Shown here: piece after piece, positions 1 to 13,671 of the stretch
Position numbering within the stretch: position 1 is the first letter of the stretch
Layout of the letters: each line of letters starts with the position of its first letter
From: Octopus sinensis
Taxonomy: Eukaryota
DNA length: 64,000 nt
Reading direction: 5' to 3'
NCBI RefSeq assembly: GCF_006345805.1
Contig: NC_042999.1
Coordinates: 118,854,001 to 118,918,000, forward strand
The notes under the pieces: generated by a model
Told to the model about the DNA's origin: nothing
The model's database searches: none
The model's input: only the letters and a program-made list of their open reading frames with translations
Made by a program: the position numbers and the translations under genes

Positions 1-831
1 AAAAGTCGATGTTATAGTAGCAATAGCAGCTATACAAGTTAAAGTAATAACTATAGGTTTCACATTAATTCATCAGAAAGCCAAAAGAATTGATGAATAA
101 ATTGTTGTGAGACAGAAAATACTTGTAAAGTTTTATTCAGCAATTTGTGTCTGTCACCATTCTTGTTGTCCCTTTTTCTTTGTTGATTATAGATGCAATC
201 TATGTGCACCATAGTTTATGTTTTATTTAAAATACTACTTACATGTAAAAATTAGAAGTCCCCATTCCCTAATACAAATCGTAATATATTTTGATATCCA
301 CCTTTGCATGTTTGTATGGGATTCATTGAGGCAGAATTTCTATTTCTAAGGACGCTTACTATTGCCTACCCTCCTCTGTTTCTAAACAAGTTCATGTTTC
401 CTCATGACCGGATATGTTTTCACTGAAGATTGAAAACAAATCAGTTATCTTGTCATCAGTTATTACCTGATGACAAGACAAAGTGATACACACACACACG
501 TATACATACAAGGTTTTGATTGGACCTGTGCTATAGTTGAAGACACTTGCCCAAGGTGCCATGCAGTGGGAATTTAACCTAAAACCATATATTTTAGAGG
601 CAAACTTCTTAAACATACAACCATGTTTGTACTTATAATCATTAGAAATTTTTTGGCAAACACAAATATTGCTATTCAGAAAATGTCCATATTTATGAAA
701 CCACCAAATAAAATTTCTTAATTATCATTGTTTTAATTGTTGTTGATGTTGTTAATGTTTTATTGATAATGAACAAAATTCTTCATAAGAATTTTATTTT
801 ATGAAATTTTCCTTTCTCTTTAAATTGACAG

Positions 832-1849
832 CATGTCAGGAATGAGTTCTAGCCAACTAATTGAAGAGCTGATGAGAATCTCGAAGGAAGCTGCAGAGAA
901 AGAAGAACAGATAGCAGCTAGTAATAAAGCTGTACCAGTTGTAATCGAGAGTCCAACAAGCAATACAGCTGAAACTTCTCCAGTTGCAAGTAATACTCGT
1001 TCTGATGTGTCAAAGACATCTCCGACTGTATCCCATCAAATTTTTACCAATGCATCAGTTCATGATGATGGAAGAGATCTCGTTGCTATTCACACTCGTA
1101 CAGGGTCGCAAAAAGGAACCTCATTGTTCAATGATCTAGAGTGTTTGGACACACGGCCTATTGCCAGAAACACAAGCTATGCCACTGGTATTTGTAAAAG
1201 TTGGGGAAATATAACAAAAGTTGATAATATGGCCTTGCACAGTGGTGACAGAATGCAGACTCCAGGTATTGTAAAATCTGCACTCCGGCGAATAAGTTCA
1301 CATAAGTTTGACAAAAGAGAATCAAAGCTTGCCTTACCAAGGAGAGGAAGTACTCCTAAAGCAACAGACGGTCTTGAATTGAAAGTAGTGCTTTCCAAAT
1401 CTGATCAGATATTCCACCCTGACACACTAAGACCTGTCTTCACACATAAAGGTGGAAGTTTTCGACGAGTTGATCCAATAGATACTAAATTTTCATGTAG
1501 TAACAAGGACAAAAATAACAGCGTGTTAAAGAATACTAAGCCTTCATGTGAACCTGAAAAGCACAATACAAAAGAGATGTTACTTATATCAAGAGATGCT
1601 TCTCGAAAATGTGCATCTGATCAACCAATTGCCGATACAGGACGATCACATTCTAAGAAAGAGTCTCGTAAAATTAAAGCTCTGGACACAACTGCAGTTT
1701 TCCCTGTTGAAACTATTAGTGTCATCAGTAAACCAGAACTGTTTGAACAGAAAGATACATCCCCAAAGAAGTCCAGCCCCCTAAAACATGATAAAAATGA
1801 AGAAAATATGGCTGGAGATATTTGTAATTTTTCAAATCCTAAAGTTTGA
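832..1849 (+). CDS. Large coding exon of an unidentified host gene (S/T/K-rich, probably disordered); terminal exon, or internal if the weak GTTTGA donor at 1844 is used
   Basis: 338-aa stop-free frame (833-1849) in DNA where other non-repeat ORFs are short. A pyrimidine tract plus ACAG acceptor (AG at 830-831) precedes it, and the in-frame TAA at 821-823 means the frame opens at the acceptor. AATAAA follows near 1950. No recognisable domain. Confidence 0.6.
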
Positions 1850-3442
1850 ATATCATTGTTGGTCATTGGTTTCCAATACACAGACATACACAGTTTTTTC
1901 CTAATAATTGTTTGAATTGTTTCCCTTTTTACCATTGTTGTTATTCAGTAATAAAGTCAGGTTTCATACAGGAATTTCCAACTATCTAAGGCAGTGCTCC
2001 AGCATGGCCACAGTCAAAATGACTGAAACAAGTAAAAGAATAAAAGAATATCTGGAAAAGCAGTTATACATATCAAAATGGATCATATGAAGAAAAATAT
2101 TTGTGGTAAAAGAAATCCATTATAAAAAAAATGCTAAAGAACTTGTGACAAACCATTCCCATACTTAATGTTAAAGAGATTTTACTTCTTCAATAGAGTT
2201 TTTGATCAGTGTTAAATAAGTAGTAAAATTTTCTAGCTATATACACAATTATACAGGCCATATATTTACATATATATATATATACAGAAGCATATAGGCA
2301 CTATGGGATACACAATGTTTTAAAAAGGAAAAAAAGAACTTTTTTTTTAATCTGAAGCACTAAACTTAATTTAGAAATGTGATTGTGGCTTTGTCAGTAA
2401 GACAGTAGGTATTTTTCACCTAGAGTATACTTGATGAATCCCGTCTTATACTGAAGTATAATTTTAATAAACTACTCCATTTCTATGTGACATGTATTAC
2501 ATAGAGATAACAAAAAAAAGAAAAGAAAAGAATGTGTTAAAAATGAGCCTTAAGATATTGTATATCTCTGAGGTAGATTAATTAAAATTTTTTTAGTCCA
2601 ACCAGATGCTTGACACCAATTTTCTTCAATTCAATTAAAATTCTTGGACACATTATTTTTAAAGAATAGGTGATTTTATAATAAAGATTATATTTATATT
2701 TTAAAAATATTGATGGACACATATTCAAAGAATATTGGCTGCTTCTAAATATCTAAACTGGCTTCATTGTACAGAGTAGATTTCTTTCATAGCTGTTAGT
2801 AGAAAAGAAACTAATTGCACTTATGATTGTCTTCTTTTAGAGTAGGAGATAAATATATAAAAATATAATAATAATAATAATTATTATTATTATTATTATA
2901 TAAAATTTTTATTTTTACTATTATTATTGGTTTCTTATCACACTTGTAGGAAAAGTGTGTTCAGTTTGATTACAATAGTGAAAATATGTTTGTAGTTGAG
3001 TGGCAAACATAGTAGGGAGCAGACTAAATCTCATGCAGTATTTAGTTGCATCCTTCTAAATTCTCTGTTTAAAATCTTACTAGGTTAAACCTTACCTTTC
3101 ACCTTTCTGCCAAGTCAAGGCTGGTAATAAAAAGTGCCAATAATGTAGAAGATTCTGTGGAATTAACTGAACCCTATCCTTCTAAATTTGTTCTTTAGTG
3201 CCAAAGACAGAAATTAAGAATTTGTAATATTATCAAGACAATTCATACCAGTAGCAAGTAACAGCAAAATTTCTGGAGATCTGCTTACAGTTGCAGATAT
3301 CATTTTCCATTGGAATTTAAAGTAACAAATACTACATGTAAGAAGCAATCATGTGCATGCAGGCTTTTATGCACACAAACACAATATACATACGCACATA
3401 CATACATACATACATACATACATACATACATACATACATACA

Positions 3443-3551
<109 letters not shown>

Positions 3552-3553
3552 AT

Positions 3554-3591
<38 letters not shown>

Positions 3592-3593
<2 letters not shown>

Positions 3594-4131
3594 GGGTGTC
3601 CCAAAATTAACTATCCATTTCAGGGAAATCTGACAATTTATTTTAAAAATTCACTTTTACATTTATCATGTTTAATTTGTGTTAAAAGTGTAAAAAGTTT
3701 TAATTTTGTTTATAATTTTGTAATTTTTATAATTTTTTTTTTTTTGTAATTTCATTTTCATTCCTGTTGGATCCTGCTTATCTGTCCATGACAGCATTGT
3801 TTTTAATTTGGCTGCAATCATTTTCTCTAATTCCATCCCTCAGATGGAGCAATAGTTTAGTTGACCTTCACACATTCAGTTAGCAGTGCTGGAGGTAACT
3901 CCTTAAATGCTTCAAAATTTGTTTTGATAAGCCAAGGATAAATTTGAAACTTGCAGGGATACAGATGGAGAACATGTTGAAAGTTTTCAATAAAGATTTC
4001 AATAGATTTATAAATAAGATTTATAAATCTATTTGTTTTGGTGTCATAATGAAGTAATAAACATAAAATTCTGTCAGTTTCTTAAAAAATTTACCCAATT
4101 TCATTGAAATAGTTAATTCTGGGGCACTCTG
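3592..4131 (-). mobile_element. Internally deleted Tc1/mariner-type DNA transposon (MITE-like)
   Basis: Imperfect TIRs AGGGTGTCCCAAAATTAACTAT (left) and ATAGTTAATTCTGGGGCACTCTG (right), flanked by TA. The minus strand reads LHLYPCKFQI, resembling the LHLxPYKIQ segment of Tc1/mariner transposases. Confidence 0.65.
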
Positions 4132-4674
4132 TATATAAACACACACATACACTCATACATTCAATGGATATGAATTAAAGGAGATAAATATATGATGATT
4201 CTTTTTAGGAAATATACACAAATACAATTGTGACAAGTTTTGGCACAATGTCACTCAGCTTCAAAAATTATTTCCAAATTACATTAGCTCTTTCACAAAT
4301 GCTTCTGTGTTGAAGAACTCATTACCAAATCAAATATTGAACATGGAAAAATGAAATATCATTCAATTTTCAATTAAAACCTGGTGAACTGAAGCCTAAC
4401 AATAATCAATAACAGTCAAATTCTAAGTTAATATGTGAAAATATATTCCTTCCAATGAACACAGACATATATGTATTAAAATTTACATGATTTCAGATAT
4501 ATGCTTACATTCTGGATAAATTATAATACAGATACATAGTTACATTTAGACACGTATCAACATATAATATAGTATAGAGATATTTTGTGTCCAGATGCTT
4601 AAAAATTCACGCATACATATTGTACATATAGGTATATACATATGAATGTGTGTGTGTATTTGTATATATATATA

Positions 4675-4755
<81 letters not shown>

Positions 4756-5185
4756 CATGTATATATATACATATAAGTATACATATGCATATGTGTCTAT
4801 ATATGTATATATTATGTATTACATTAAATTAAATCATTCTAGACAAATGGCTCTATGTTTTGTTCCAGAAGAGATTATCAAACACAAAATATTATGATCA
4901 ATCAATAGAATTTATAGTTAAGAATGAGTGGAATTATTTGAAAGCTATAAATTCCATCAGCTAAACTAAATACCTCATTCATTTGATAGCTCAGTTTGAG
5001 TGAAGCATGTGGCCATCTGTAATGAATTATTTTATATATTATTCTTGTCATTCAGCCCTGTGTTGAGTCATTTCATAAATAATCTTTCATATATATGTAT
5101 ATAGTGTACTATTCCATGATGGTAAGATTAACAAAATAAGTACTCCATCTGGTGAGAGATGAATGTTATTTAATAAATAATCACA

Positions 5186-5241
<56 letters not shown>

Positions 5242-5242
<1 letters not shown>

Positions 5243-5624
5243 TATGAGCTCTTAATAGTTTTATGCAGTTTTTAACATGTCTGGTGTCTTCACACAATTC
5301 TCAGGCTGTGCTCATATGGCATGACAAGCTAAAACAGATTGCTAGGATGAGAGTAAAATGAGAAAAGGTAAGAGGGGAGTAGGTATAAAAAGTAGAAGGT
5401 TGAAAAACCGAAAAATGAAAAAATTCTTTTTCCAGTTTTTCAACGTTCCTCCTTTTACATCTACTCTCCTCTCATCGTTTCTCAGTTTTTTCTCTCATGC
5501 TATCATCTTGTTATAGCTTGTCATGTCATGTGGGCACAACCTGAGGATTGTGTGAAGGCACCAGACATGTTGGAAAATGCTGTCTGAGATGTATTCATCG
5601 CATGAAACTATTAGTAGCTCATAA
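5242..5624. repeat. Fold-back element: ~180-bp imperfect inverted arms with ~10-bp spacer, probably a Penelope pseudo-LTR pair
   Basis: 5242-5417 aligns to the reverse complement of 5426-5624 (shared TTATGAGCT, AACATGTCTGGTG, CTTCACACAAT, CATGACAAGCTA), with a ~25-bp deletion in the left arm. Flanked by (TA)n and (CA)n. Confidence 0.75.
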
Positions 5625-5627
5625 ATA

Positions 5628-5677
<50 letters not shown>

Positions 5678-5769
5678 TAAACACATATATGTGTGTGTGT
5701 ATTATATATAAACATTATCATTCTGCCTGTTTTTCTGTCTGCATGGGTCAGATGTGTATATAGGTCCTC

Positions 5770-8750
5770 TCTAGTAAAGCATCTTTTTGCATTTCTTTAT
5801 CTTCCCCATAGTGATATTGAACTTCATATGACCAGCTTAAGATTATATATGATTCTTCTCCTAATTTCCTTAATCTTCTTCTTACATACATTCATCCCCC
5901 TTAGATCCTTTGGTATTTCTATTTCTTTATCCAACTGTCACATTCCATATGCATCACATGTCCCAAGCAGTATAGTCTTCTCTTTTTCACATCTCATTAT
6001 TTTCATACCTATTTTCCTATCATGCTAGTTGTGTTTCATATTCAACATTTACGTTTCACTATAATACATCACACTTCATACAGAAGTATTGTTCAGTCTC
6101 CTTTTAGAGGTAGGAGAGAGAAACCCATTGCTACCATTTGAAATAATAGCTAACTGAAAATTTTCCCCCACAATTTTCATCTGGTTACTTCTGCTGCTAA
6201 TTATGTCTGTTAGGCAATAGAAGCTAGCAACTGATTCAGGGAAGCCTTCCAAGCATTTGAAAGAATTTATTCCACAGCCGATCTTAATGCTAACTACGAC
6301 TGTGCATTTGCTACATACAAAGCCTTCTTTTCCTGAGATCCTGCAATGTCTCTTTTGTGTATAATTTATGGTACAGAATTACTACACTATACAAAATTAC
6401 TACTTACTCCTTTTCTGCAAATCAGGTATGGGCTTGGCCACTTCCCAAATGGCAGAAGAAACATTTCTTTACTGCTAACTGAAACTTTTGTCCTTGCTAG
6501 CTTTAAGACCTCTCAGTTTCTGGATATGCCTTCTCTTTTGGAACTTTGTAAATCTTTGACAGATTCATCAAGTAGACAAAATCATCAGCATACAGGAGTT
6601 CTCATAGACAGCCAAACTTAAATACATCTGTTATAGCTTTAAAAACTATAAAACACAGTAGTGATGTTGAGAACTGAACCCTGGTGGACACCTACTTATG
6701 TGTTAAATTCCTCACTATACTTATAGCTCTCACCACTTTGCTGATGACATTTCTGTATATAACTTCATAGTTCTTAAAAACTGTTTTCATCTAGACCCAG
6801 TTTTCTTAGCTAACACTAAGCTACAGATCATGGTATCTTATCAAAGCCCTCTCTGATTCAAAGAATGCTATGTATAGTGGCTTTCTCTTAGCCAAGAAAG
6901 TTTTCTGTAGTTGTCTTACTTGGGGGACAGCATTGGTAGTAACTTGTCTTGGCCCAAACAAATGAACTACAAGTGATTTAAGTTTGTTTGATTTGTGTTT
7001 TCTTTTACTCTTATAATTGGATCCAACAGTTTGATACCTCTGTAGATTGATGCTTCTTTTTAAAGCATCTTATTCATCTTTGTTGTGATTTCTGATGAAT
7101 TAGCATAGCTACATATTGGGTACTACCAGAATGTATGTTTCCTACTTTATCAGGTATGCCCAGTATTTCATTGATTGTCTCTAATTGACCAGCTACTTTC
7201 TTTTCATATTGTTCATCTTAATTAAGGCCATATATGTAGCTGTCACTTTCAGTAACTGGTTCCTCTGTTGGTCTTTTTGAGATAGTTCTATCTCTCACAA
7301 ATCATCTATCAGCAACTTTTCATATCACATCCATCTATCTTTCTTCTTAGTGTTGGTAATGGCAAGTGCACTGCTATCATTCCACATACAGTTCTCCTTA
7401 AACATTTTAATTTATGCGCTCATTCAACATACAGTTTCCCTTAAACATCTTAATTTATGCTGACAAGCTGCTTAGCAATCTGAAACATTTCGTATCTCTG
7501 CCCCTTTCATCACAGAATATTCAAGGCGGTGAGCTGGCAGAAAAGTTAGCACAACAGGTGAAATTCTTAGCAGTATTTTGTCTGTCTTTACATTCTGAGT
7601 TCAAATTCTGCCGAGGCTGACTTTGTCTGTCATCCTTTCTGGGTCGATAAGTTATGTACTGGTGTCAATCTAATTGACTGGCCCCTCCCCAAAAATTTTG
7701 AGCCTTGTGCCTAAAGTAGAAAAGAATATTCATAACTATCAAATTTTCAGCTTCCCTCTCTACTATATACATCTAATGTTAATCTTCTTTTCTAGCTAAT
7801 TAGTATTGTTCCTATCTCTTTGCCTTTAATGCAGCCTTTTCACATCTGTTTCTTTACTTTTATGGCTCTATCTACTCTAACACTCCACTACCACATCACC
7901 TTTCATTGAGATGGAGCATGGTTCAACTACCAATCTGATTTCTGGTTTCCAGTCGGCTACCTGATAAAAACTCATAGGTTTCTTTCTTCTTTGCCTTCTT
8001 TTCATAAGCATCATCTGTCACTTCTTCAGATTGACTTTCATCTTTAAGTTTGTCAAGTCCTTATCCTGATGTTAATGATCAACAGTCTATGTTGAGTTAC
8101 ATTTTTCCATCAGGAAAACCATTCAGTATTTATAAGCATTGACTCTCACATTTCCTTATGTGTATGAAGTCTACCTGACTGGCATTCTCTCTTGATTGGT
8201 TGATGACCATGAGGTTAAAAGGTTTCTTGATGTTTGTATCACAAAAGATTATGTCATTTGCATCACAGGAAACCAAGAGTTTTAAATTGTCTTCATTCTT
8301 TGTACTATATCCATAGCTCCTTTTTACATTTGAGTATCCATTGTAATGTTGTCCAACATGTCTATTAAAGTCCCCAACCATGACATTAGGGACATTGTCA
8401 TTTGTTATTGAAATACTCTGCAAGAGAGTCTCATAGAAATGATCATATCTTTCTTATTCAGTCCTGATTGGTGAACACATTCAGAAATCCTTGTTGCTAT
8501 CATTAGTCTATCACTAGTATAAATTAATTAGTTTCTTACATACTCTGACTACCTCAATTACTTTATCTAGTTCTCTGCCAGCAAAATGCCAACTCCATGC
8601 AACCCAACACTTTTTTATCCACCCAGAAGAAATTGTACTTTCCTGTGAGAGGTCAATCTTATGCTCCCTTCCATTATAATTTCTTGTATACAGTACGTAT
8701 CTTATTGCCTCCATTCTAACATATCTATAATTTCTTCAGACCTACTTTTC
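5770..8750 (-). mobile_element. Decayed RTE-clade LINE (APE endonuclease + reverse transcriptase), interrupted by a SINE at 7525-7730
   Basis: Minus-strand motifs: VMVGDFN and SQVDFI (APE, ORF 8130-8423), PLYIAF, GVHQGSVL (~6680), ELLYADD (~6590). Many stops and frameshifts. Confidence 0.85.
7525..7730 (+). mobile_element. tRNA-derived SINE, family B (GGCGGTGAGCTGGCAGAA head; octopus OR/OK-like)
   Basis: tRNA-like head with A/B-box-like segments (GAGTTCAAATTC). The same sequence recurs at 18230-18458 and 29000-29665 on the minus strand. Confidence 0.8.
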
Positions 8751-10669
8751 ATTGTGCCAGTCACGAAATTTTGTACATGAGAACGAGAAAAAAATTTCCA
8801 AGGTGGGTAGATAATTTGATATCTATTTATGCATTTGAAGGATGAAAAATTGCAACGATTGTTTAACGACAGTCAAGTGATTCTCTGATATTCCTTCCTG
8901 ACCACCCCACTACCATGCACAGCATAAACATATTGAGTGTATATCTTGTATAAGCAATTAAAATTTTTCCCTTTTATTTATCAATGTCATGATTTTGACA
9001 TGGTTTCATAAGCTAGATGTACTTCCTGTCACCAAACACTTTGCAGCATAGACTGGATGCATTTATCATGCTGCTGTCACAAGAAGAGTGATATATCAGA
9101 ACTAAAGTGTCCACTGTACACTGTGTCAGCATTTACTCAGAGTTACTGCTCTCCTGAGATAAATTATCTGTACTGCAGCTTGTAGAGTGCATATCTTTCT
9201 AATCCATAATTTTGTTTAGAGTTAATGCTATCCTAGTCAGGCTGCCTTCATTATAACTGAACAGTCATGAGTCAAGAAACTTTGATCATGATCACACAGT
9301 CGATCATATAGAAGCATGTTTTCTTTCATATATTGTCAGGATGATTGAAGTTGTGGTAGCTGGTCATACTTGCCAAAATAGGAGGTGGACACAGGAAGAT
9401 CGAGGGGTGCTTTTACATCATAGGAAGTTGACATGTTTATAGGGCAACGCAGAGTCTAAGTTAAATAGAGAAATAAACACTGTCTTAGATAAATTAAAAT
9501 TTATGTTTCTGTGTTGCTATCTATAATAATCTGTGATACTACCATTTATCACTGAAAGTTTTGCAGATACTTATAATGCGGAATAATCCAACAAATACAC
9601 AACTCAGTATGTTCCTTAGTTGCTTTTGGACTTCTACATAGAATAGGAAAAAAGAAAGGGAGTTGTAATTACATATGTTAAGGTGCTGAACAGGTGACTC
9701 AATGACCCTATATTCCTTGCTACTGTCATTATGTTATTTCCTTTAATCAGGCATTTTGCTTAGTTCACATAAATTTCCCTGAATGAAAATGAAAACTCAC
9801 AGAGTCTGCTCCTAAGAAGGGTATCAAGCAGAAAAGTCTCATTTCAGCAATCCTCATATAGCAAAATTAAAGTATGAAATGGAAAGCAACCCATCGAAAC
9901 AAAAAAGAAAAGGGAAAAAAAATTAAGTATAGATTACTCTCACACATATCAAAATTTGTACCAAACCCAGTTCTAGAAAATTCAAAAGTAAGAACATTAA
10001 TATGATAGAGAAATTTTATTAATAAAGCAAATGTGTCTATGTGTATAGATGAGAGTCTCTTTCTATATACACTGACATGTATCAATACACCTACAACACA
10101 TGCACACAACCTCATGATTTATACATGCAAGAAATTGTTTAACAAACATTCAACAACATTTGTTAACCATCAAATTTTAATTTTACTTTTCAATACTTTG
10201 TTGACATCTGAAATTTATTGTCTAAAATATATCAATAAACAATGTAATGAACATTTACTTTGTAGTGTTTGTGACATGACATATAGCTTTTAGAAAATAC
10301 GTTTAAATGTTTCATTGTTAAAATAAGATGTATTAACAGGAGACAGAATATGAAGAGGAAGTGAACAAAGAAACAGGTGAAAATAAATTGATTGCAATAC
10401 AGATGGAAGTCTACCAGCAAGATTTTAAATTTTAATGAGATAAGTATGTTATAGACAAACACTAAATGACATCGAAGGAGGATGTGGAATCATAGTAAGT
10501 CATTTTATATTGGGCAGATGGTTTTCTTCTGAATATAGTAATGACGACCAGGGATGATTTAGGAATGTTTTAGTCAAGTATATTTAGGCCTCTGAAAGAA
10601 GCAAAAGTTACTAAAAAGTGAATTATTTTGTGATTTGAATGTAAACAACAAATTCTTTTAATGTCCAGT

Positions 10670-11118
10670 GTTACATAACCAGTCCACTCAAAAGTACCTT
10701 GGATTGTAGGGTGACATGCCATGCTTGAGGGAGGAGACCTATTGAGTCAAGTACATAAAAATCAAATGGAAATTGTAGTTGTGATCCCTGTGCCGGTGGC
10801 ATGTAAAAAGCATCATCCAAACATGGCCAATGCTAGTGCCACCTTGACTGGCTTTCGTGCCAGTGGCACATAAAAAGCACCAACCAATCATGGTCGTTGC
10901 CAGCCCCCTCTGGCCCCTGTATATAAAGCACCCACTACATATATAAAGCACCCAGTACACTCACGGAGTGGTTGGCATTGGGAAGGGCATCCAGCTGTAG
11001 AAATACTGCCAGATCAGACTGGAGCCTGGTGCAGCCTCCTGGCTTCCCAGACCCCAGTCGAACCGTCCAACACATGCCAGCATGGAAAACAGACGTTAAG
11101 CAATGATGATGATGATGT
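10670..11118 (+). mobile_element. RTE-type 3' tail / RTE-related SINE ending in (GAT)n
   Basis: Shares GGAAGGGCATCCAGCTGTAGAAA...GACGTTAA-(GAT)n with at least six other copies in the window. Confidence 0.75.
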
Positions 11119-11169
11119 GACACTGGAAATGTCATTAATGGACCTTTCATCAGAGATTAATAAGGATGG

Positions 11170-11790
11170 TAAATCCAAACATAGAAAAAGCCTATAGACG
11201 GGTAGCTTCTAGATAAATTCTAGTATATAGTAGATGCTTATGTTGGGGTTTGCTGATGTCAAAGGCAACAGCATTACTTTTGGTGCAGTCATCAAAGGCC
11301 AAAAACGATTGTGGCATGATAATCGAGAGAAATTCTTGAGTTGATCAAAGTTTATGGGAATAGAATTGGTAGTCACCAAGTGTGGAGAGAGAGAAAGACA
11401 GGATGAGAGAGAGAGAGAGAGAGGATGAAAGAGAGAGAGTGAGTACAAAAGAGAAATATGGCAGTGATGTCTAAGTCTTTTGTTAGGTGAGTCTTGTGTG
11501 GTGTAAAAAGCAAAATTAGCACCAAATATATCAGCTTTATCTTCAAGGGGTCTTGATAAATTCAGCAAAACCAATATTGTTTGTATTGACATATTTCACA
11601 AGATTCCATCATAAATATATGTACACATTTTGAAGTTCTGTCATTCTTTCATATCTTGGAACTAGAAGTCTTCCAACAAGCCTGCTAACAATTGCTATCT
11701 TAACCGATAAATGGCAGGTAAAAGAATCCCAAAGTGTTAGCAGTGATCCGCTTGGCAAATTATTGAAAGGCTTAATTGCAATCTGAGAAG
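11170..11790 (-). mobile_element. Highly decayed L2/Crack-like LINE fragment
   Basis: Minus-strand DKADIFGANFA resembles the DKAxLFAxNFS linker preceding the RT of this group; otherwise heavily mutated. Confidence 0.45.
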
Positions 11791-12081
11791 CAAGACAATG
11801 TTATTTTTCTAATATTATATTGCAGGCTTGACAATGACGGTTATGAACTGTCCTGCAAGTGAATTCTTCTAAGTATTGTGAACAGTATTTTTTGCTTGTA
11901 CTGTTGCAGGGTTGTTATTCTTATTTATACAGATGTTGAAGACAATTGTGATTAAATAAGCATATATGCAAAGTACAAGCAAGTGTGTGTGTGTGACTTG
12001 AGATATATGTGCAGGTATCTATTTTCCCATCTCTCCCTCTCTATGCATGTTTTTATGTGTGTGCGTGTGTACATGTGTGTG

Positions 12082-12129
<48 letters not shown>

Positions 12130-13671
12130 TATAGTTATGTGCATATATATATACATATATGCACATATATATATATATGTGTATGTATGTAGATAGGTAA
12201 GTATGTATGTGTTTGAGTACCACTCTTTATTTACAACACAATAATCCAATGAATAAATTATTGAATTTCATGTCATATCATCTGACATCTGTGTGTGCTT
12301 TATTGCATCACTAGGAAAGACATTGAAATCTTATTTCTTATGACTTCATATGAATTCCATAAATCACTAATACACATGCACACACACATGCACACACAAA
12401 GTTGGGGACAGTATACAAATGATTTAGTTTGGAGAAGAGCATGTTAAAACTGACTGATTTGCTCTTGTCTTTGTAAATAAACATGAAAGTATTTAGTGGT
12501 GCCATGATGACCAAAACAGTTGCAAAACATTATTTTCACAAAATAGAGTACAAGCAATGTGATGAAAAAAACGTTGCACCATATTCTCCATAAAATGTTT
12601 GTGTATAGCAATAGCATCTAACCACAAAAACCATATGGAAAATGGGATGTGCTAAGAGATGTGAACGCTGAAAACTTTAATGATAAATACTTGTTCAAGA
12701 AGACCTTAACTAAAATTGTATACTGGGTTGAAGGAACATTTTAGTTCTCTTCACATAGGACATGTTTAGTGCTGGTGGTATGATAAAGACCACCTATAAT
12801 ATAAACAACACATAATTAGCTATTTTTCTCTGTTGCTGCAAGCACACAATTGTGTGAACTGTGGTGGTAGCATATCCAATCCATAGCAGCACAGATGTAA
12901 AATGATGGTGATGGTAATAAGTTGTATCATCAGAAATATGCCTGAGTATAGACTGGTAGAGATAAGAGTATAAATATGCTTAATAGACAATGGATAAAGC
13001 ATGTAAATAAATGGCTGTAAACATGATGTGATAATAGTTGAATAAATATATGAGATCAGAAAACAATACTTCAATGAATATGTGCTTACAGGATTGATGA
13101 GATATTTATCGATATATTTGTATATAATAAATAACACGTATAAACATAGATAACATAGACAAAGAAATTTCAACAAAATATAACAGAATATTAAAATATT
13201 ATTTATTGTACGCAATTATGTAACGAGTTCCATAACTAGATTTTGTAACGCATCATTGAAGAAACCATCCATGGCATGTTGACTATGTGGATTTCATCTC
13301 TCTCAAATTTCTGATATAAACCCCACCTGGGAAGAGAAGTTGAACTTAGGACTGTAAACTAATAAAACCTTCTGTTGTACAGCCTTGTTTCTGATTACAG
13401 CAAAAGTTGTTATTTATGTAGATTTAGAGTGAACTGAGCTGCATAACAATTATGTGTAGCCATAAACAAAATGCAGTGCTAATGACACAACACAAACTGT
13501 AGCCACTTTGGTTGCTATTTGACAACCTACCAACATCCATGCTATGACACATGCACACTTACAAATATAATATACATGCACAGAGCTTTCAGGAGGAATT
13601 TTACATGCTGGAACAAGACTGCTTTCAGACCTCGTTTATCCATTCACAACACTGAAGAAGGTCATAAAGAG

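Noticed and set aside
45-80. Minus-strand CTGATGA-ATTAATGT-GAAAC
   Set aside because: Stem II is at most 2 bp and stem I cannot form; likely chance.
12755-12797. Minus-strand ATAG-GTGGT/ACCAC-CAGCAC-TAAACATGTC-CTAT, like a hammerhead with its 5' core deleted
   Set aside because: CTGANGA is absent and G12 is changed; too reconstructed to claim.
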